Positions 1 through 9,213 of a DNA stretch of 64,000 nt are shown here, in pieces. Positions within the stretch are counted from its first letter, which is position 1. Every line of letters starts with the position of its first letter. A program made the position numbers and the translations under genes. Below the pieces are notes generated by a model. That model was not told where the DNA came from and did not search any database. It worked only from the letters and a program-made list of their open reading frames with translations. The stretch is from the NCBI GenBank assembly GCA_946402705.1, contig CAMIXG010000005.1, forward strand, positions 31,506-95,505. Reading direction: 5' to 3'. Origin of the DNA: an uncultured Tissierellia bacterium (GTDB lineage Bacteria; Bacillota; Clostridia; Tissierellales; Tissierellaceae).

Positions 1-1
1 A

Positions 2-526
2 GATATAAATCTTAAAATATCGGAGAAACCTGATAGTGAAGAAATTTGCTTTATACCCCATGAAGACCATGCAAGATTTATAAGGGAAGATTTACATGAA
101 GAATCTTTACCAGGAGATTTTGTAGATACTGATGGAAATATAATTGGAAGGCATAAGGGACTAATACACTATACAATAGGACAAAGAAAAGGGCTTGGTA
201 TTGCAGTTGGAAGAAGAATCTATGTAGTTGATATTCTGCCAGAGAAAAATCAAGTCGTAATAGGGGATGAACCAGATATATTTAAGTCCAAATTATATGC
301 TACAGATATAAATCTTATATCTATAGATACTTTACCAGAAAAACTAGAAGTAAAGGCAAAAATAAGATCAACTGCCAAGGAAGATGATGTAATAGTTACT
401 CCTTATAAAGATGGAATGCTTGTAGAGTTTTTAAAACCACAAAGAGCAATTACAAAAGGACAGGCAGTAGTTTTATATGATGGTGATATTATAGTAGGTG
501 GAGGAATAATAGAAACTGTATATTAG
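2..526 (+). CDS. mnmA: tRNA 2-thiouridine(34) synthase MnmA, C-terminal part (5' end lies outside the window)
   Basis: Frame 2 is open from the window edge to TAG 524-526. The translation (..EEICFIPHEDHARFI..GLIHYTIGQRKGLGIA..GQAVVLYDGDIIVGGGII) matches conserved MnmA motifs. It is absent from the ORF track because it has no start in the window. Confidence 0.85.
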   Translation, partial: DINLKISEKPDSEEICFIPHEDHARFIREDLHEESLPGDFVDTDGNIIGRHKGLIHYTIGQRKGLGIAVGRRIYVVDILPEKNQVVIGDEPDIFKSKLYATDINLISIDTLPEKLEVKAKIRSTAKEDDVIVTPYKDGMLVEFLKPQRAITKGQAVVLYDGDIIVGGGIIETVY

Positions 527-577
527 TAGAAAAATCAGAAAATCAAGAGAAAAACTCAATAATAGAAGGCATATGTC

Positions 578-620
578 AAATACCCTTAACACTTTAAATA
601 TAGGTGTTAGGGGTATTTTT
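578..620 (+). terminator. Rho-independent terminator after mnmA
   Basis: The stem aaatacccttaacac / gtgttaggggtattt (one G-U pair) is followed by a T-run. Confidence 0.75.
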
Positions 621-804
621 ACCATAAAATAAAAAATGAAAACTACATATGTAAACCAATCGATGAAACCTTTAGAATTTACCCGTTTGTCAATAAAGTT
701 TTATAATAGTCATTAAAAAAGCATAAAAAAATGGCGAATATCCTTATAGAAAATTTGATAAACAGACAAAAGCTATAGTAATATAGACCTAGGAGGGGTA
801 GGTT

Positions 805-1824
805 ATGGATATTCAAAGAGAGATTGAAAAAAAACACTACTACAATCGAGAAAATAAAATTGACTTCTTATTAAACTTAGACGATACTGAATTTACAATT
901 GATAAAAAAGCATATGCACTTCAAAAAGTTAGTAAGATAGAAGATGAACTAAACAAAGATATAATGGACTTTACTTATGATGAAATTGAATATACTATGA
1001 AACATTTGGAGTATAGACATATAATGAATTTAAATTTAGCTTTAGAAACATTTGTTGAGTATGTTGATTATTTGGGAAAAAGTAAAAATAATTTATATAG
1101 AAAGTATAAGAGGAAAAATGGTGAAAGTTTACAAAAATATGTTGTGGACTTAAAACTAGAAAAATATTTTTCAGAAGATAAGTTGGATAAACTATTAAAT
1201 GAAATAGAAACTAACAGAGAAAAGGGTCTAATACTTGCACTATATGAAGGTATAAGAGGAAAACATTTATATGAGCTTAGAACCTTAAAAGTTGAAAATA
1301 TAGATGAAATCAATAAGATGGTCAAGGTTATGGATTATGATAAAACTGAAAGATATGTTGAGATATCTGATAAATTAATAGAATTATTATTTTTGATAGA
1401 TAAGGAAGAATCAGTTGTACTTAAAGATGACAAAAGATATAGGGAAAGATATTTTGAAACAACACCATATGTATTTAGAAGTGCAGAGTACTTAAGTGTA
1501 GTTAGAAATATAGATGGAGAAGATATAGTTAGTAATCATACTATAAATAGTATCTTTAAATCCATACAGAAAACCTATCAAGATTGCAAATACTTAACAC
1601 CAGTATCACTTGTAAATAGTGGTATATATAATAGAATATTGAAAGAATACTCCATGGGTAAAATTGATTTAAACTATAGGGGTATACAAAAAGTTTTAGA
1701 GGAATATGGATTTAGTAAAAGTGGAGTTTATGGATGGATTAGAAAAGTTAATGACCTATTAGAAAGACTAGGCAGTTTAAAAGTCATGGAAGAAGATTCG
1801 TTCAAAGAACTATTACTAAACTAG
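805..1824 (+). CDS. Hypothetical protein with a degenerate tyrosine-recombinase (integrase)-like core
   Basis: The ORF has RBS aggagggg 6 nt upstream and is flanked by terminators on both sides. ILALYEGIRGKHLYELRTLKVENID resembles recombinase box I (catalytic Arg). DKTERYVEISDKLIELL resembles the Lys beta-hairpin. The expected HxxR and His positions read LTPVSLVNSGIY and YGF. Confidence 0.5.
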   Translation: MDIQREIEKKHYYNRENKIDFLLNLDDTEFTIDKKAYALQKVSKIEDELNKDIMDFTYDEIEYTMKHLEYRHIMNLNLALETFVEYVDYLGKSKNNLYRKYKRKNGESLQKYVVDLKLEKYFSEDKLDKLLNEIETNREKGLILALYEGIRGKHLYELRTLKVENIDEINKMVKVMDYDKTERYVEISDKLIELLFLIDKEESVVLKDDKRYRERYFETTPYVFRSAEYLSVVRNIDGEDIVSNHTINSIFKSIQKTYQDCKYLTPVSLVNSGIYNRILKEYSMGKIDLNYRGIQKVLEEYGFSKSGVYGWIRKVNDLLERLGSLKVMEEDSFKELLLN

Positions 1825-1853
1825 TAGGAGTTACTTGGAGAAAAAATAATAGT

Positions 1854-1891
1854 AAAACAGCTTATATTTTTAAATTATAGGCTGTTTTTTT
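1854..1891 (+). terminator. Rho-independent terminator
   Basis: The stem aaaacagcttata / tataggctgtttt is followed by a T-run. Confidence 0.75.
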
Positions 1892-1962
1892 CTATATAAA
1901 ACATAATAAAAGATATTTTTTAAACTAATTCATAATTATTGTAAATAGTGGCCTTTGCTTAA

Positions 1963-1990
1963 TTGACAAGAATTTAATGAATGTTATAAT
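1963..1990 (+). promoter_or_regulatory. SigA-type promoter upstream of tig-clpP-clpX
   Basis: TTGACA (1963-1968), a 16-nt spacer, then extended -10 TGtTATAAT (1982-1990). This implies a leader of about 165 nt. Confidence 0.55.
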
Positions 1991-2156
1991 TAATATTGTG
2001 AAAATAAATGAGAACAAATTACGAAATTAGATGGAGAAAGATAAGTTTAATTCATTAGAAATTAATGCGTAAAGTTGTGTAAATACTTACTTATGTGCTA
2101 TACTTATAGGATATGGAAACAAGTAAAAAAGAAAACAAATTTAGGGGGAAGTATAA

Positions 2157-3446
2157 ATGGCAGTTATAGAAAAAAAAGAAAATAATAGAGTGGAAATGAG
2201 TTTTGAAATATCATCAGATGAGTTTAAAAAAGCTTTAAATGAAGCATATATAAAAAATAGAAAATATTTTGCAATTCCAGGATTCAGAAAAGGAAAAGCA
2301 CCTAGACAAATAATTGAAATGAATTATGGAAAAGATGTATTTTTTGAAGATGCTGTAAATATAGCATTACCAGATGCTTATGTAGCAGCTATAGAAGAAT
2401 TAGAAATTGAACCAGTTGATCAACCAACTGTAGATATACCAGGAGAAATAGAATTAGGTAAAGATATTTTAGTTAAAATTTCAGTAGATGTAAAACCAGA
2501 AGTTAAACTTGGCGATTATACAGCACTTGAAATAGAAAAAGCTGATAGAGAAGTAAGCGAAGATATGATAGATGCTAAACTTCAATCAGTACAAAATATG
2601 AATGCAAGACTTATAAATGCTAATGATAAAGAAGTTGAAAAAGGACATGTTCTAACAATAGACTTCTCAGGATCAGTAGATGGAGAAAAATTTGAAGGTG
2701 GAACTGCTGAAGGATATGAATTAGAAATTGGTTCTGGATCTTTTATACCAGGTTTCGAAGATCAATTAGTGGGTAAAAAAGTTGAGGAAGAAGTAGAAGT
2801 AAAAGTAACTTTCCCAGAAGAATACCATGAAGAATCATTAGCTGGTAAAGATGCAATATTTGAAGTAAAGGTAAATGAAATAAAAGCTAAAGAACTACCA
2901 GTATTAGATGACGAATTTGCTAAAGATGTTAGTGAATTTGACACATTGGAAGAATACAAAAATAGCATTAGAGAAGAACTTGTAGAAAATGCAAACAAAA
3001 ATGCTGATGCAGAAGAAGAAAATAAGATGGTAGAAGCTATAGTAAAAGTATCAGAAGTAGAAATTCCAAACGGAATGATAGAATCTCAAATTGATACAGA
3101 AGTTAGAGAATTTGCTCAAAAAATGCAAATGCAAGGACTTTCTATAGATCAATACTATGAATTTACAGGAACAACAGAAGAAATGTTAAGAGAACAAATG
3201 AAAGAAGCTGCTAGTGAAAGAGTTAAAGGTGATTTAGTTCTTGAAGCAATAGCAAAAGCTGAAAATATAGAAGTAACTGAAGAAGATAAAATCGAAGAAC
3301 TTAAAGAGATAGCTAAAATCTACAAACAAGAAGATGAAGAAAAATTTGTAGAAGATATGAAAAAGGGAGACTTATCTTTCCTAGATCAAGCTCTAACTAA
3401 TCAAAAAGTTATAGACTTCTTAAAAGGAAAGGTAACAATTAAATAG
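2157..3446 (+). CDS. tig: Trigger factor (ribosome-associated PPIase chaperone)
   Basis: 429 aa with the N-terminal GFRKGKAP ribosome-binding signature, a central FKBP-like GFEDQLVG segment, and the conserved tig-clpP-clpX context. Confidence 0.95.
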   Translation: MAVIEKKENNRVEMSFEISSDEFKKALNEAYIKNRKYFAIPGFRKGKAPRQIIEMNYGKDVFFEDAVNIALPDAYVAAIEELEIEPVDQPTVDIPGEIELGKDILVKISVDVKPEVKLGDYTALEIEKADREVSEDMIDAKLQSVQNMNARLINANDKEVEKGHVLTIDFSGSVDGEKFEGGTAEGYELEIGSGSFIPGFEDQLVGKKVEEEVEVKVTFPEEYHEESLAGKDAIFEVKVNEIKAKELPVLDDEFAKDVSEFDTLEEYKNSIREELVENANKNADAEEENKMVEAIVKVSEVEIPNGMIESQIDTEVREFAQKMQMQGLSIDQYYEFTGTTEEMLREQMKEAASERVKGDLVLEAIAKAENIEVTEEDKIEELKEIAKIYKQEDEEKFVEDMKKGDLSFLDQALTNQKVIDFLKGKVTIK

Positions 3447-3458
3447 GAGGGATTGACT

Positions 3459-4040
3459 ATGTTAGTACCTATGGTCGTTGAACAAACTAGTAGAGGTGAA
3501 AGATCTTATGATATATATTCTAGATTATTAAAAGAAAGAATAATATTTTTAGGATCAGAGGTAAATGATGTAACTGCTAATTTAATAGTAGCACAACTTT
3601 TATTTCTAGAAGGAGAAGATCCTGATAAGGATATTCAATTATATATAAATAGTCCTGGTGGATCTATAACAGCTGGATATGCTATATATGATACAATGCA
3701 GTATATAAAAGCAGATGTATCCACTATATGTGTAGGACTCGCAGCTAGTATGGGAGCATTTTTATTGGCAGCGGGAGCAAAGGGTAAAAGATTTGCACTT
3801 CCAAATGCTGATGTAATGATTCATCAACCTTTAGGTGGAGCACAAGGGCAAGCCGAAGATATAAGAAGACAGGCAGAAAGAATTATTAAAATGAAAGAAA
3901 AAATAAATGTAATATTATCAGAAAGAACAGGTCAACCTTTAGAAAAAATAGTCCAAGATACTGATAGAGATTATTTTATGTCGGCAGAAGAAGCTAAAAT
4001 TTATGGAATCATAGATGATGTAATCCAGTCCAAAAAATAA
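3459..4040 (+). CDS. clpP: ATP-dependent Clp protease proteolytic subunit
   Basis: [27 protein letters not shown], active-site [11 protein letters not shown] and MIHQPLGG motifs. ATG 3459 is preferred over the track's TTG 3453 because RBS aggagg (3445-3450) sits 8 nt upstream. Confidence 0.95.
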   Translation: MLVPMVVEQTSRGERSYDIYSRLLKERIIFLGSEVNDVTANLIVAQLLFLEGEDPDKDIQLYINSPGGSITAGYAIYDTMQYIKADVSTICVGLAASMGAFLLAAGAKGKRFALPNADVMIHQPLGGAQGQAEDIRRQAERIIKMKEKINVILSERTGQPLEKIVQDTDRDYFMSAEEAKIYGIIDDVIQSKK

Positions 4041-4058
4041 ATTAAGTGAGGTGTAACA

Positions 4059-5321
4059 TTGGGCAAATATGAAGAGAGACAGTTACGATGTTCTTTTTGC
4101 GGGAAACCACAAGATCAAGTTAAGAGACTTATTGCAGGCCCCAATGTATATATATGTAACGAATGTATAGAATTATGTAAAGAAATAATAGACGAAGAAT
4201 TTGTAGATGAACTAGACTATGATGTAGAAGATTTACCAAAACCAGATGAAATAAAGGAAACTTTAGATGAATACGTAATTCAACAAGATAGAGCAAAAAG
4301 AGCTTTAGCAGTGGCTGTTTATAACCATTATAAGAGAATAAACAATCAGTCGGAAAACGATAGCAATGTAGAACTACAAAAAAGTAATATAGTTATGCTA
4401 GGACCTACAGGATCTGGTAAAACTTTATTAGCACAAACCTTAGCTAAAATATTAAATATACCATTTACTATAGCTGATGCAACATCTCTTACAGAGGCAG
4501 GATATGTTGGTGAAGATGTTGAAAATATTATATTAAAGCTTATACAAGCTGCTGATTATGATATTGAAAGAGCAGAAAAAGGTATAATATATATAGATGA
4601 AGTAGATAAGGTTGCAAAAAAAGGAGAAAACCCTTCTATAACGAGAGATGTTAGTGGTGAGGGTGTTCAGCAAGCACTTTTAAAAATACTTGAAGGAACA
4701 GTTGCAAATGTTCCACCACAAGGTGGAAGAAAGCATCCACATCAAGAATTTTTACAAATAGATACTACTAATATACTGTTTATAGTTGGTGGAGCTTTTG
4801 ATGGTATTGAATCTATAATCCAAAATAGAATAGGTAAAAAATCTATGGGATTTGGTGCAGATGTTAAGTCAGAAGCAGACTACAAAAAGATGGACTTATT
4901 AAAAGACTTACAACCAGAAGATTTATTAAAATATGGTTTAATTCCAGAATTTGTAGGTAGACTTCCAATACAAGTAACATTAGAAAAATTAGATGAAGAT
5001 GCACTTGTTGAAATATTAAGTAAACCTAAAAATGCATTGGTAAAACAATATAAAGAGCTTTTAGCAATGGATAATGTAGAATTGATATTTGAAGATGATG
5101 CATTAAAGGCCATAGCACAAAAAGCCATAGAGAGAAAAACAGGAGCTAGGGGTTTAAGAAGCATAATAGAAGAAACAATGTTAGATATTATGTATGAGAT
5201 ACCTTCTAGAAATGATGTAAAGCAATGTATTATAACTAAGGAAACTGTTGAGGAACATAAAGAGCCTAAATTAGTTCTAAAAACAGAAGAAGAACTTAAA
5301 GATAGCGAATCAGCATCTTAA
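4059..5321 (+). CDS. clpX: ATP-dependent Clp protease ATP-binding subunit ClpX
   Basis: N-terminal zinc ribbon CSFCGK..CNEC, Walker A GPTGSGKT, Walker [10 protein letters not shown], and sensor GARGLRSI. The start codon is TTG. Confidence 0.95.
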   Translation: MGKYEERQLRCSFCGKPQDQVKRLIAGPNVYICNECIELCKEIIDEEFVDELDYDVEDLPKPDEIKETLDEYVIQQDRAKRALAVAVYNHYKRINNQSENDSNVELQKSNIVMLGPTGSGKTLLAQTLAKILNIPFTIADATSLTEAGYVGEDVENIILKLIQAADYDIERAEKGIIYIDEVDKVAKKGENPSITRDVSGEGVQQALLKILEGTVANVPPQGGRKHPHQEFLQIDTTNILFIVGGAFDGIESIIQNRIGKKSMGFGADVKSEADYKKMDLLKDLQPEDLLKYGLIPEFVGRLPIQVTLEKLDEDALVEILSKPKNALVKQYKELLAMDNVELIFEDDALKAIAQKAIERKTGARGLRSIIEETMLDIMYEIPSRNDVKQCIITKETVEEHKEPKLVLKTEEELKDSESAS

Positions 5322-5323
5322 TA

Positions 5324-5349
5324 AAAAGCTCACTTATGTGGGCTTTTTA
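5324..5349 (+). terminator. Rho-independent terminator after clpX
   Basis: The stem aaaagctcac / gtgggctttt has a ttat loop and a T-run. It overlaps the track's upstream extension of lon. Confidence 0.7.
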
Positions 5350-5379
5350 TTTACAAAAAATATAGTGGTGGGTGATATC

Positions 5380-7716
5380 ATGAATAAATATTACAATACA
5401 AATGAAAGAGAAATAGCATTCATTCCACTAAGAGGACTTACTATATTTCCAAATATGGTAGTGCACTTTGATGTGGGAAGGGAAAAATCAGTAAAAGCTC
5501 TTGAATATGCTTCTATATCAAATTCAGAAATATTCTTATGTAGTCAGATAGATCCAAAGGTGGAAAATCCAAATAAAGATGAATATTATCATACTGGTAT
5601 AGTGGCAATTATCAAGCAGATGATAAAGATGCCTGGAGGTACACTTAGGGTTTTAGTAGAGGGTATAAGAAGGGCAGAAATAGTAGATATAATAGAGGAT
5701 GAAGAAGTATTAAGAGCCAATATAAAAGAATATGTTTATTTACCAGAGAAAATGGAGATAACTCCAGAGATGGAAGCATCTATGAGATTGGTTGAGGAAA
5801 GTTTTGGTGAGTATGTAAGATTAAATGAAAAAATACTTCCAGAAGAATTAGTTACTATAAAAGAAATAGAAGAACCTAATAAATTATCTGATTTAGTAGC
5901 ATCTCTTATGGATTTAAAAACTGAACAATCACAACAAATCTTAGAAGAATTAGATGTACTAGATAGGATGGAATTAATATCTGCTATTTTAGAAGAAGAA
6001 ATTGAAATACTTGAAATAGAAGAAACAATTAACAATAGAGTTAGAAGTAGAATGAATAAAATTCAAAAGGAATATTATTTAAAAGAACAAATAAAAGCAA
6101 TTCATACAGAACTTGGTGAAGAAGAAGATGTTCTTTCAGAAGTTGATGAATATATAGAAAAAATAAAGGCCTTAAAATTAGACAAGGATTCAGAAGAAAA
6201 GGTTATAAAAGAAGCAGAGAGATTATTAAAACTTTCATCTCAATCAGCAGAAACAGGAGTTATAAGAACATATTTGGATTGGATAGTTGGGCTTCCTTGG
6301 AATACAGAAAAAAAGGAAAAATTAGACCTAGCTTTTTCTGAAAAAGTCCTAAATGAAGATCATTATGGTTTAGAGGATGTTAAAGAAAGAATACTAGAAT
6401 TTATAGCTATTAGAAAACTTACTAAAACTATAAATGGACCAATAATCTGTTTAGTTGGACCTCCTGGAGTTGGTAAGACATCAATAGCAAAATCTGTAGC
6501 TAGAGCCCTTAATAGGGATTTTGTAAGAATGTCTCTAGGTGGTATGAGGGATGAAGCAGAAATAAGGGGACATAGAAGAACTTATGTTGGAGCTATGCCA
6601 GGGAAGATAATATCTTCTATAAATAAATCAAAGTCAAAAAATCCAGTATTCTTATTAGATGAAATAGATAAAATTGGAAATGACTTTAGAGGAGATCCAG
6701 CAAGTGCTTTGCTAGAAGTATTAGACCCAGAACAAAATTCTACTTTTGCAGACCACTTTCTAGAAATTCCATTTGACTTATCAAAGGTTTTATTTATAAC
6801 TACAGCAAATACCACATCAACTATTCCAAGACCTTTATTGGATAGGATGGAATTAATACCAATTAGCAGTTATACAACAGAAGAGAAAAAAGAGATAGCT
6901 AAGGATTATTTAATTCCAAAACAAATAAAGAAACATGGCTTAAAGGAAAAAAATCTAAAAATATCAGATGAAGCTTTATCTGACCTTATAGCAGGTTATA
7001 CAAGAGAAGCTGGTGTGAGAAGTTTAGAAAGAGAAATAGCTAATCTATGTAGAAAAGTGGCTAAAAAAATAGTAGAAGAAAAATTAGAAATTGTTAGGAT
7101 AACTGTTTCAAACCTAGAAAAATATTTAGGAATGAAAAAGTTTAGACAGGATAAATTAAATGAAGAAAGTCAAGTGGGACTTGTAAATGGATTAGCCTGG
7201 ACAGCGGTAGGAGGAACAACCTTATCTGTAGAGGTAAATGTTATGAAGGGAAATGGTAAGCTTCAGCTTACAGGGCAACTTGGTAATGTTATGAAAGAAT
7301 CTGCAGCAGCAGGAGTTTCTTATATAAGGAGCAACATGGATAAACTAGGCATAGAAAATGATTTTTATGAAAAAAAGGATATGCATATTCATGTGCCAGA
7401 AGGAGCCATACCAAAAGATGGACCATCGGCAGGTGTAACAATGGCAACATCTCTTATATCAGCCTTAACTAACAAGCCAGTTAGAAATGATGTAGCTATG
7501 ACTGGAGAGATAACTTTAAGAGGCAGGGTCTTACCAGTAGGTGGTATAAAGGAAAAAGTATTAGCAGCATATAGACTAGGTGTTAAAACTATTATTCTTC
7601 CAAAGGATAATGAAAGAGATTTAGAAGATATACCAAGCAAAATCAGAAAAGAAATAGAATTTGTTTTTGCAGAAACTATGGAAGATGTAATAGCAGTAGC
7701 ATTTGTGAAAGAGTGA
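5380..7716 (+). CDS. lon: Endopeptidase La (Lon protease)
   Basis: LON N-domain, Walker A GPPGVGKTS, Walker B FLLDEIDK, and proteolytic PKDGPSAGV serine motif. ATG 5380 is preferred because the track start at 5338 lies inside the clpX terminator. Confidence 0.95.
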   Translation: MNKYYNTNEREIAFIPLRGLTIFPNMVVHFDVGREKSVKALEYASISNSEIFLCSQIDPKVENPNKDEYYHTGIVAIIKQMIKMPGGTLRVLVEGIRRAEIVDIIEDEEVLRANIKEYVYLPEKMEITPEMEASMRLVEESFGEYVRLNEKILPEELVTIKEIEEPNKLSDLVASLMDLKTEQSQQILEELDVLDRMELISAILEEEIEILEIEETINNRVRSRMNKIQKEYYLKEQIKAIHTELGEEEDVLSEVDEYIEKIKALKLDKDSEEKVIKEAERLLKLSSQSAETGVIRTYLDWIVGLPWNTEKKEKLDLAFSEKVLNEDHYGLEDVKERILEFIAIRKLTKTINGPIICLVGPPGVGKTSIAKSVARALNRDFVRMSLGGMRDEAEIRGHRRTYVGAMPGKIISSINKSKSKNPVFLLDEIDKIGNDFRGDPASALLEVLDPEQNSTFADHFLEIPFDLSKVLFITTANTTSTIPRPLLDRMELIPISSYTTEEKKEIAKDYLIPKQIKKHGLKEKNLKISDEALSDLIAGYTREAGVRSLEREIANLCRKVAKKIVEEKLEIVRITVSNLEKYLGMKKFRQDKLNEESQVGLVNGLAWTAVGGTTLSVEVNVMKGNGKLQLTGQLGNVMKESAAAGVSYIRSNMDKLGIENDFYEKKDMHIHVPEGAIPKDGPSAGVTMATSLISALTNKPVRNDVAMTGEITLRGRVLPVGGIKEKVLAAYRLGVKTIILPKDNERDLEDIPSKIRKEIEFVFAETMEDVIAVAFVKE

Positions 7717-7720
7717 TTAA

Positions 7721-8308
7721 ATGAAAATAATAAGTTCGGATTTAGATAGAATAGCAGTTATGAAGAGCCAATACCCTTCAGAAGATGTAGCAGAGATAGC
7801 CTTTGCTGGAAGGTCAAATGTAGGGAAGTCTTCATTTATAAATTCTATGTTAAATAGAAAAAATTTAGCAAGAACATCATCAAAACCAGGAAAAACTAGA
7901 ACTATAAATTTTTATATTGTAAATGATGAATTTAGGTTAGTGGATTTGCCAGGTTATGGTTATGCTCAAGTGTCTAAAGTTGAAAAAGAAAAATGGGGTC
8001 ACATAATAGAAGAATATTTGACTCAAAGGGAAAATTTAAAAGAAGTAGTTTTAGTAGTAGATATAAGACATGCACCATCAAAAGATGATGTTACAATGTA
8101 TAATTGGATAAAACATTTTGGATATGGTAATTTTATAATAGCTACTAAGGCAGATAAGATAAAGAAAAATCAAATTCCAAAACATTTAAAGGTCATTAAA
8201 GAGACCTTAGGTGTAGATGATATAAATAAGATAATCCCATACTCATCTGAAAAAATTAAAATGGATCCAGAGATGTGGAAAAAGATGGAGAAGATTTTAG
8301 AACAATAA
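7721..8308 (+). CDS. engB: Ribosome biogenesis GTP-binding protein YsxC/EngB
   Basis: G1 motif GRSNVGKSS and G3 motif DLPGYG. It sits in the conserved position downstream of lon. Confidence 0.9.
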   Translation: MKIISSDLDRIAVMKSQYPSEDVAEIAFAGRSNVGKSSFINSMLNRKNLARTSSKPGKTRTINFYIVNDEFRLVDLPGYGYAQVSKVEKEKWGHIIEEYLTQRENLKEVVLVVDIRHAPSKDDVTMYNWIKHFGYGNFIIATKADKIKKNQIPKHLKVIKETLGVDDINKIIPYSSEKIKMDPEMWKKMEKILEQ

Positions 8309-8338
8309 AAAAACCGACGAAAGTCGGTTTATTTTTTT
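8305..8338. terminator. Bidirectional terminator shared by engB (+) and rubredoxin (-)
   Basis: The stem aaaccgac / gtcggttt has a gaaa loop. An A-run lies on the 5' side and a T-run on the 3' side. Confidence 0.8.
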
Positions 8339-8352
8339 GATGTAAATTATAA

Positions 8353-8514
8353 TTACTCAACTTTAGAGAAATCATCTTTTGTTGCTCCACATACTGGACA
8401 TTCGAAATCAGCTGGTAAATCTTCAAATGCTGTACCTGGTGCTATACCTGCTTCAGGCATACCTTCAGCTGGATCATAAACCCATCCGCATAGATCGCAT
8501 ACATATTTATCCAT
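8353..8514 (-). CDS. Rubredoxin (53 aa)
   Basis: Hand translation of the minus strand gives [53 protein letters not shown]. It carries both CxxCG knuckles and has RBS gaggagga upstream. It falls below the ORF-track length cutoff. Confidence 0.92.
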   Translation of the reverse strand: MDKYVCDLCGWVYDPAEGMPEAGIAPGTAFEDLPADFECPVCGATKDDFSKVE

Positions 8515-8723
8515 GGTAGTTCCTCCTCTCATTGATTAGTAACAGTATTATACCCAACTATTTCTAAGAAAATCATATGAAAAATCTCTAGCTTTACTTA
8601 AAAAATATATGTTTTTTTAGGTTATTATACATATATTCTGGGTATATTACAAAATAGATTATAGTCTAATCTTAAAATGATAAGTCTATTATAACATAGA
8701 AATATTTAATTTAATAACATAAA

Positions 8724-9128
8724 ATGGAAGTGGGGATTAAATTGTATAAGTATTCAGGGGAAGTAGTCAGTGATTTGAAAATGATAAAATCATTTCTAGA
8801 AAATATCATTGAAGACATTGGTAATTTAATTGAAAATCAGGACACAATGTTTGAAATTAGATTGATATTAAACGAACTTGTAATAAATAGTGCCATTCAT
8901 GGAAACAACATGGAGGTAGATAAACTTATAAACTTAAATATATTATTAGAAAATAATATGTTTGAGGCTTTTGTTGAGGATCAAGGAGAGGGAATAGAAT
9001 TTGATTGTGATAGCTATAATGCAGATGACTTAAAGTGTTGTGGTAGGGGTCTAGTTATAGTTAGTAAATTAACTGATGAGATGAATATATATAAAAATAA
9101 GATAGAAATAAGGAAGCAATTAGTATAG
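8724..9128 (+). CDS. Stand-alone GHKL/HATPase_c protein, SpoIIAB/RsbW-like anti-sigma serine-kinase fold
   Basis: N-box ELVINSAIHG, G1 box DQGEGI and G2 box GRGLVIV. The start is ambiguous: TTG near 8743, downstream of a gtgggga RBS-like sequence, is an alternative. Confidence 0.65.
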   Translation: MEVGIKLYKYSGEVVSDLKMIKSFLENIIEDIGNLIENQDTMFEIRLILNELVINSAIHGNNMEVDKLINLNILLENNMFEAFVEDQGEGIEFDCDSYNADDLKCCGRGLVIVSKLTDEMNIYKNKIEIRKQLV

Positions 9129-9213
9129 AGTATAAAAATGGTTGTAAAATTTAATAACTTTTATCCATAATAATTATGTTAATATAGATATTAAAGCAAA
9201 ATTTGGAGGCAAG

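Noticed and set aside
805-1824. The possibility that the integrase-like gene marks a prophage or integrated mobile element.
   Set aside because: There are no flanking direct repeats, no tRNA target and no other phage or transposon genes. The neighbours are core genes (mnmA and tig), and the catalytic motifs appear degenerate.
1996-2017. A Rex-box-like half-site TTGTGAA in the tig leader.
   Set aside because: The second half-site (TTCACAA) is absent at the required spacing. One half-site is expected by chance in AT-rich DNA.
5338-5379. The upstream extension of lon in the ORF track (MGFLFTKNIVVGDI...). Similar N-terminal extensions occur for clpP (3453), the MATE-1 gene (24467), gap (48693), trmL (39291), the Cof gene (38463) and the sigma factor gene (33396).
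   Set aside because: The extended starts overlap terminators or sit 0-2 nt from the RBS. Internal ATG codons with 6-9 nt RBS spacing, and alignment with paralogs or family N-termini, fit better.
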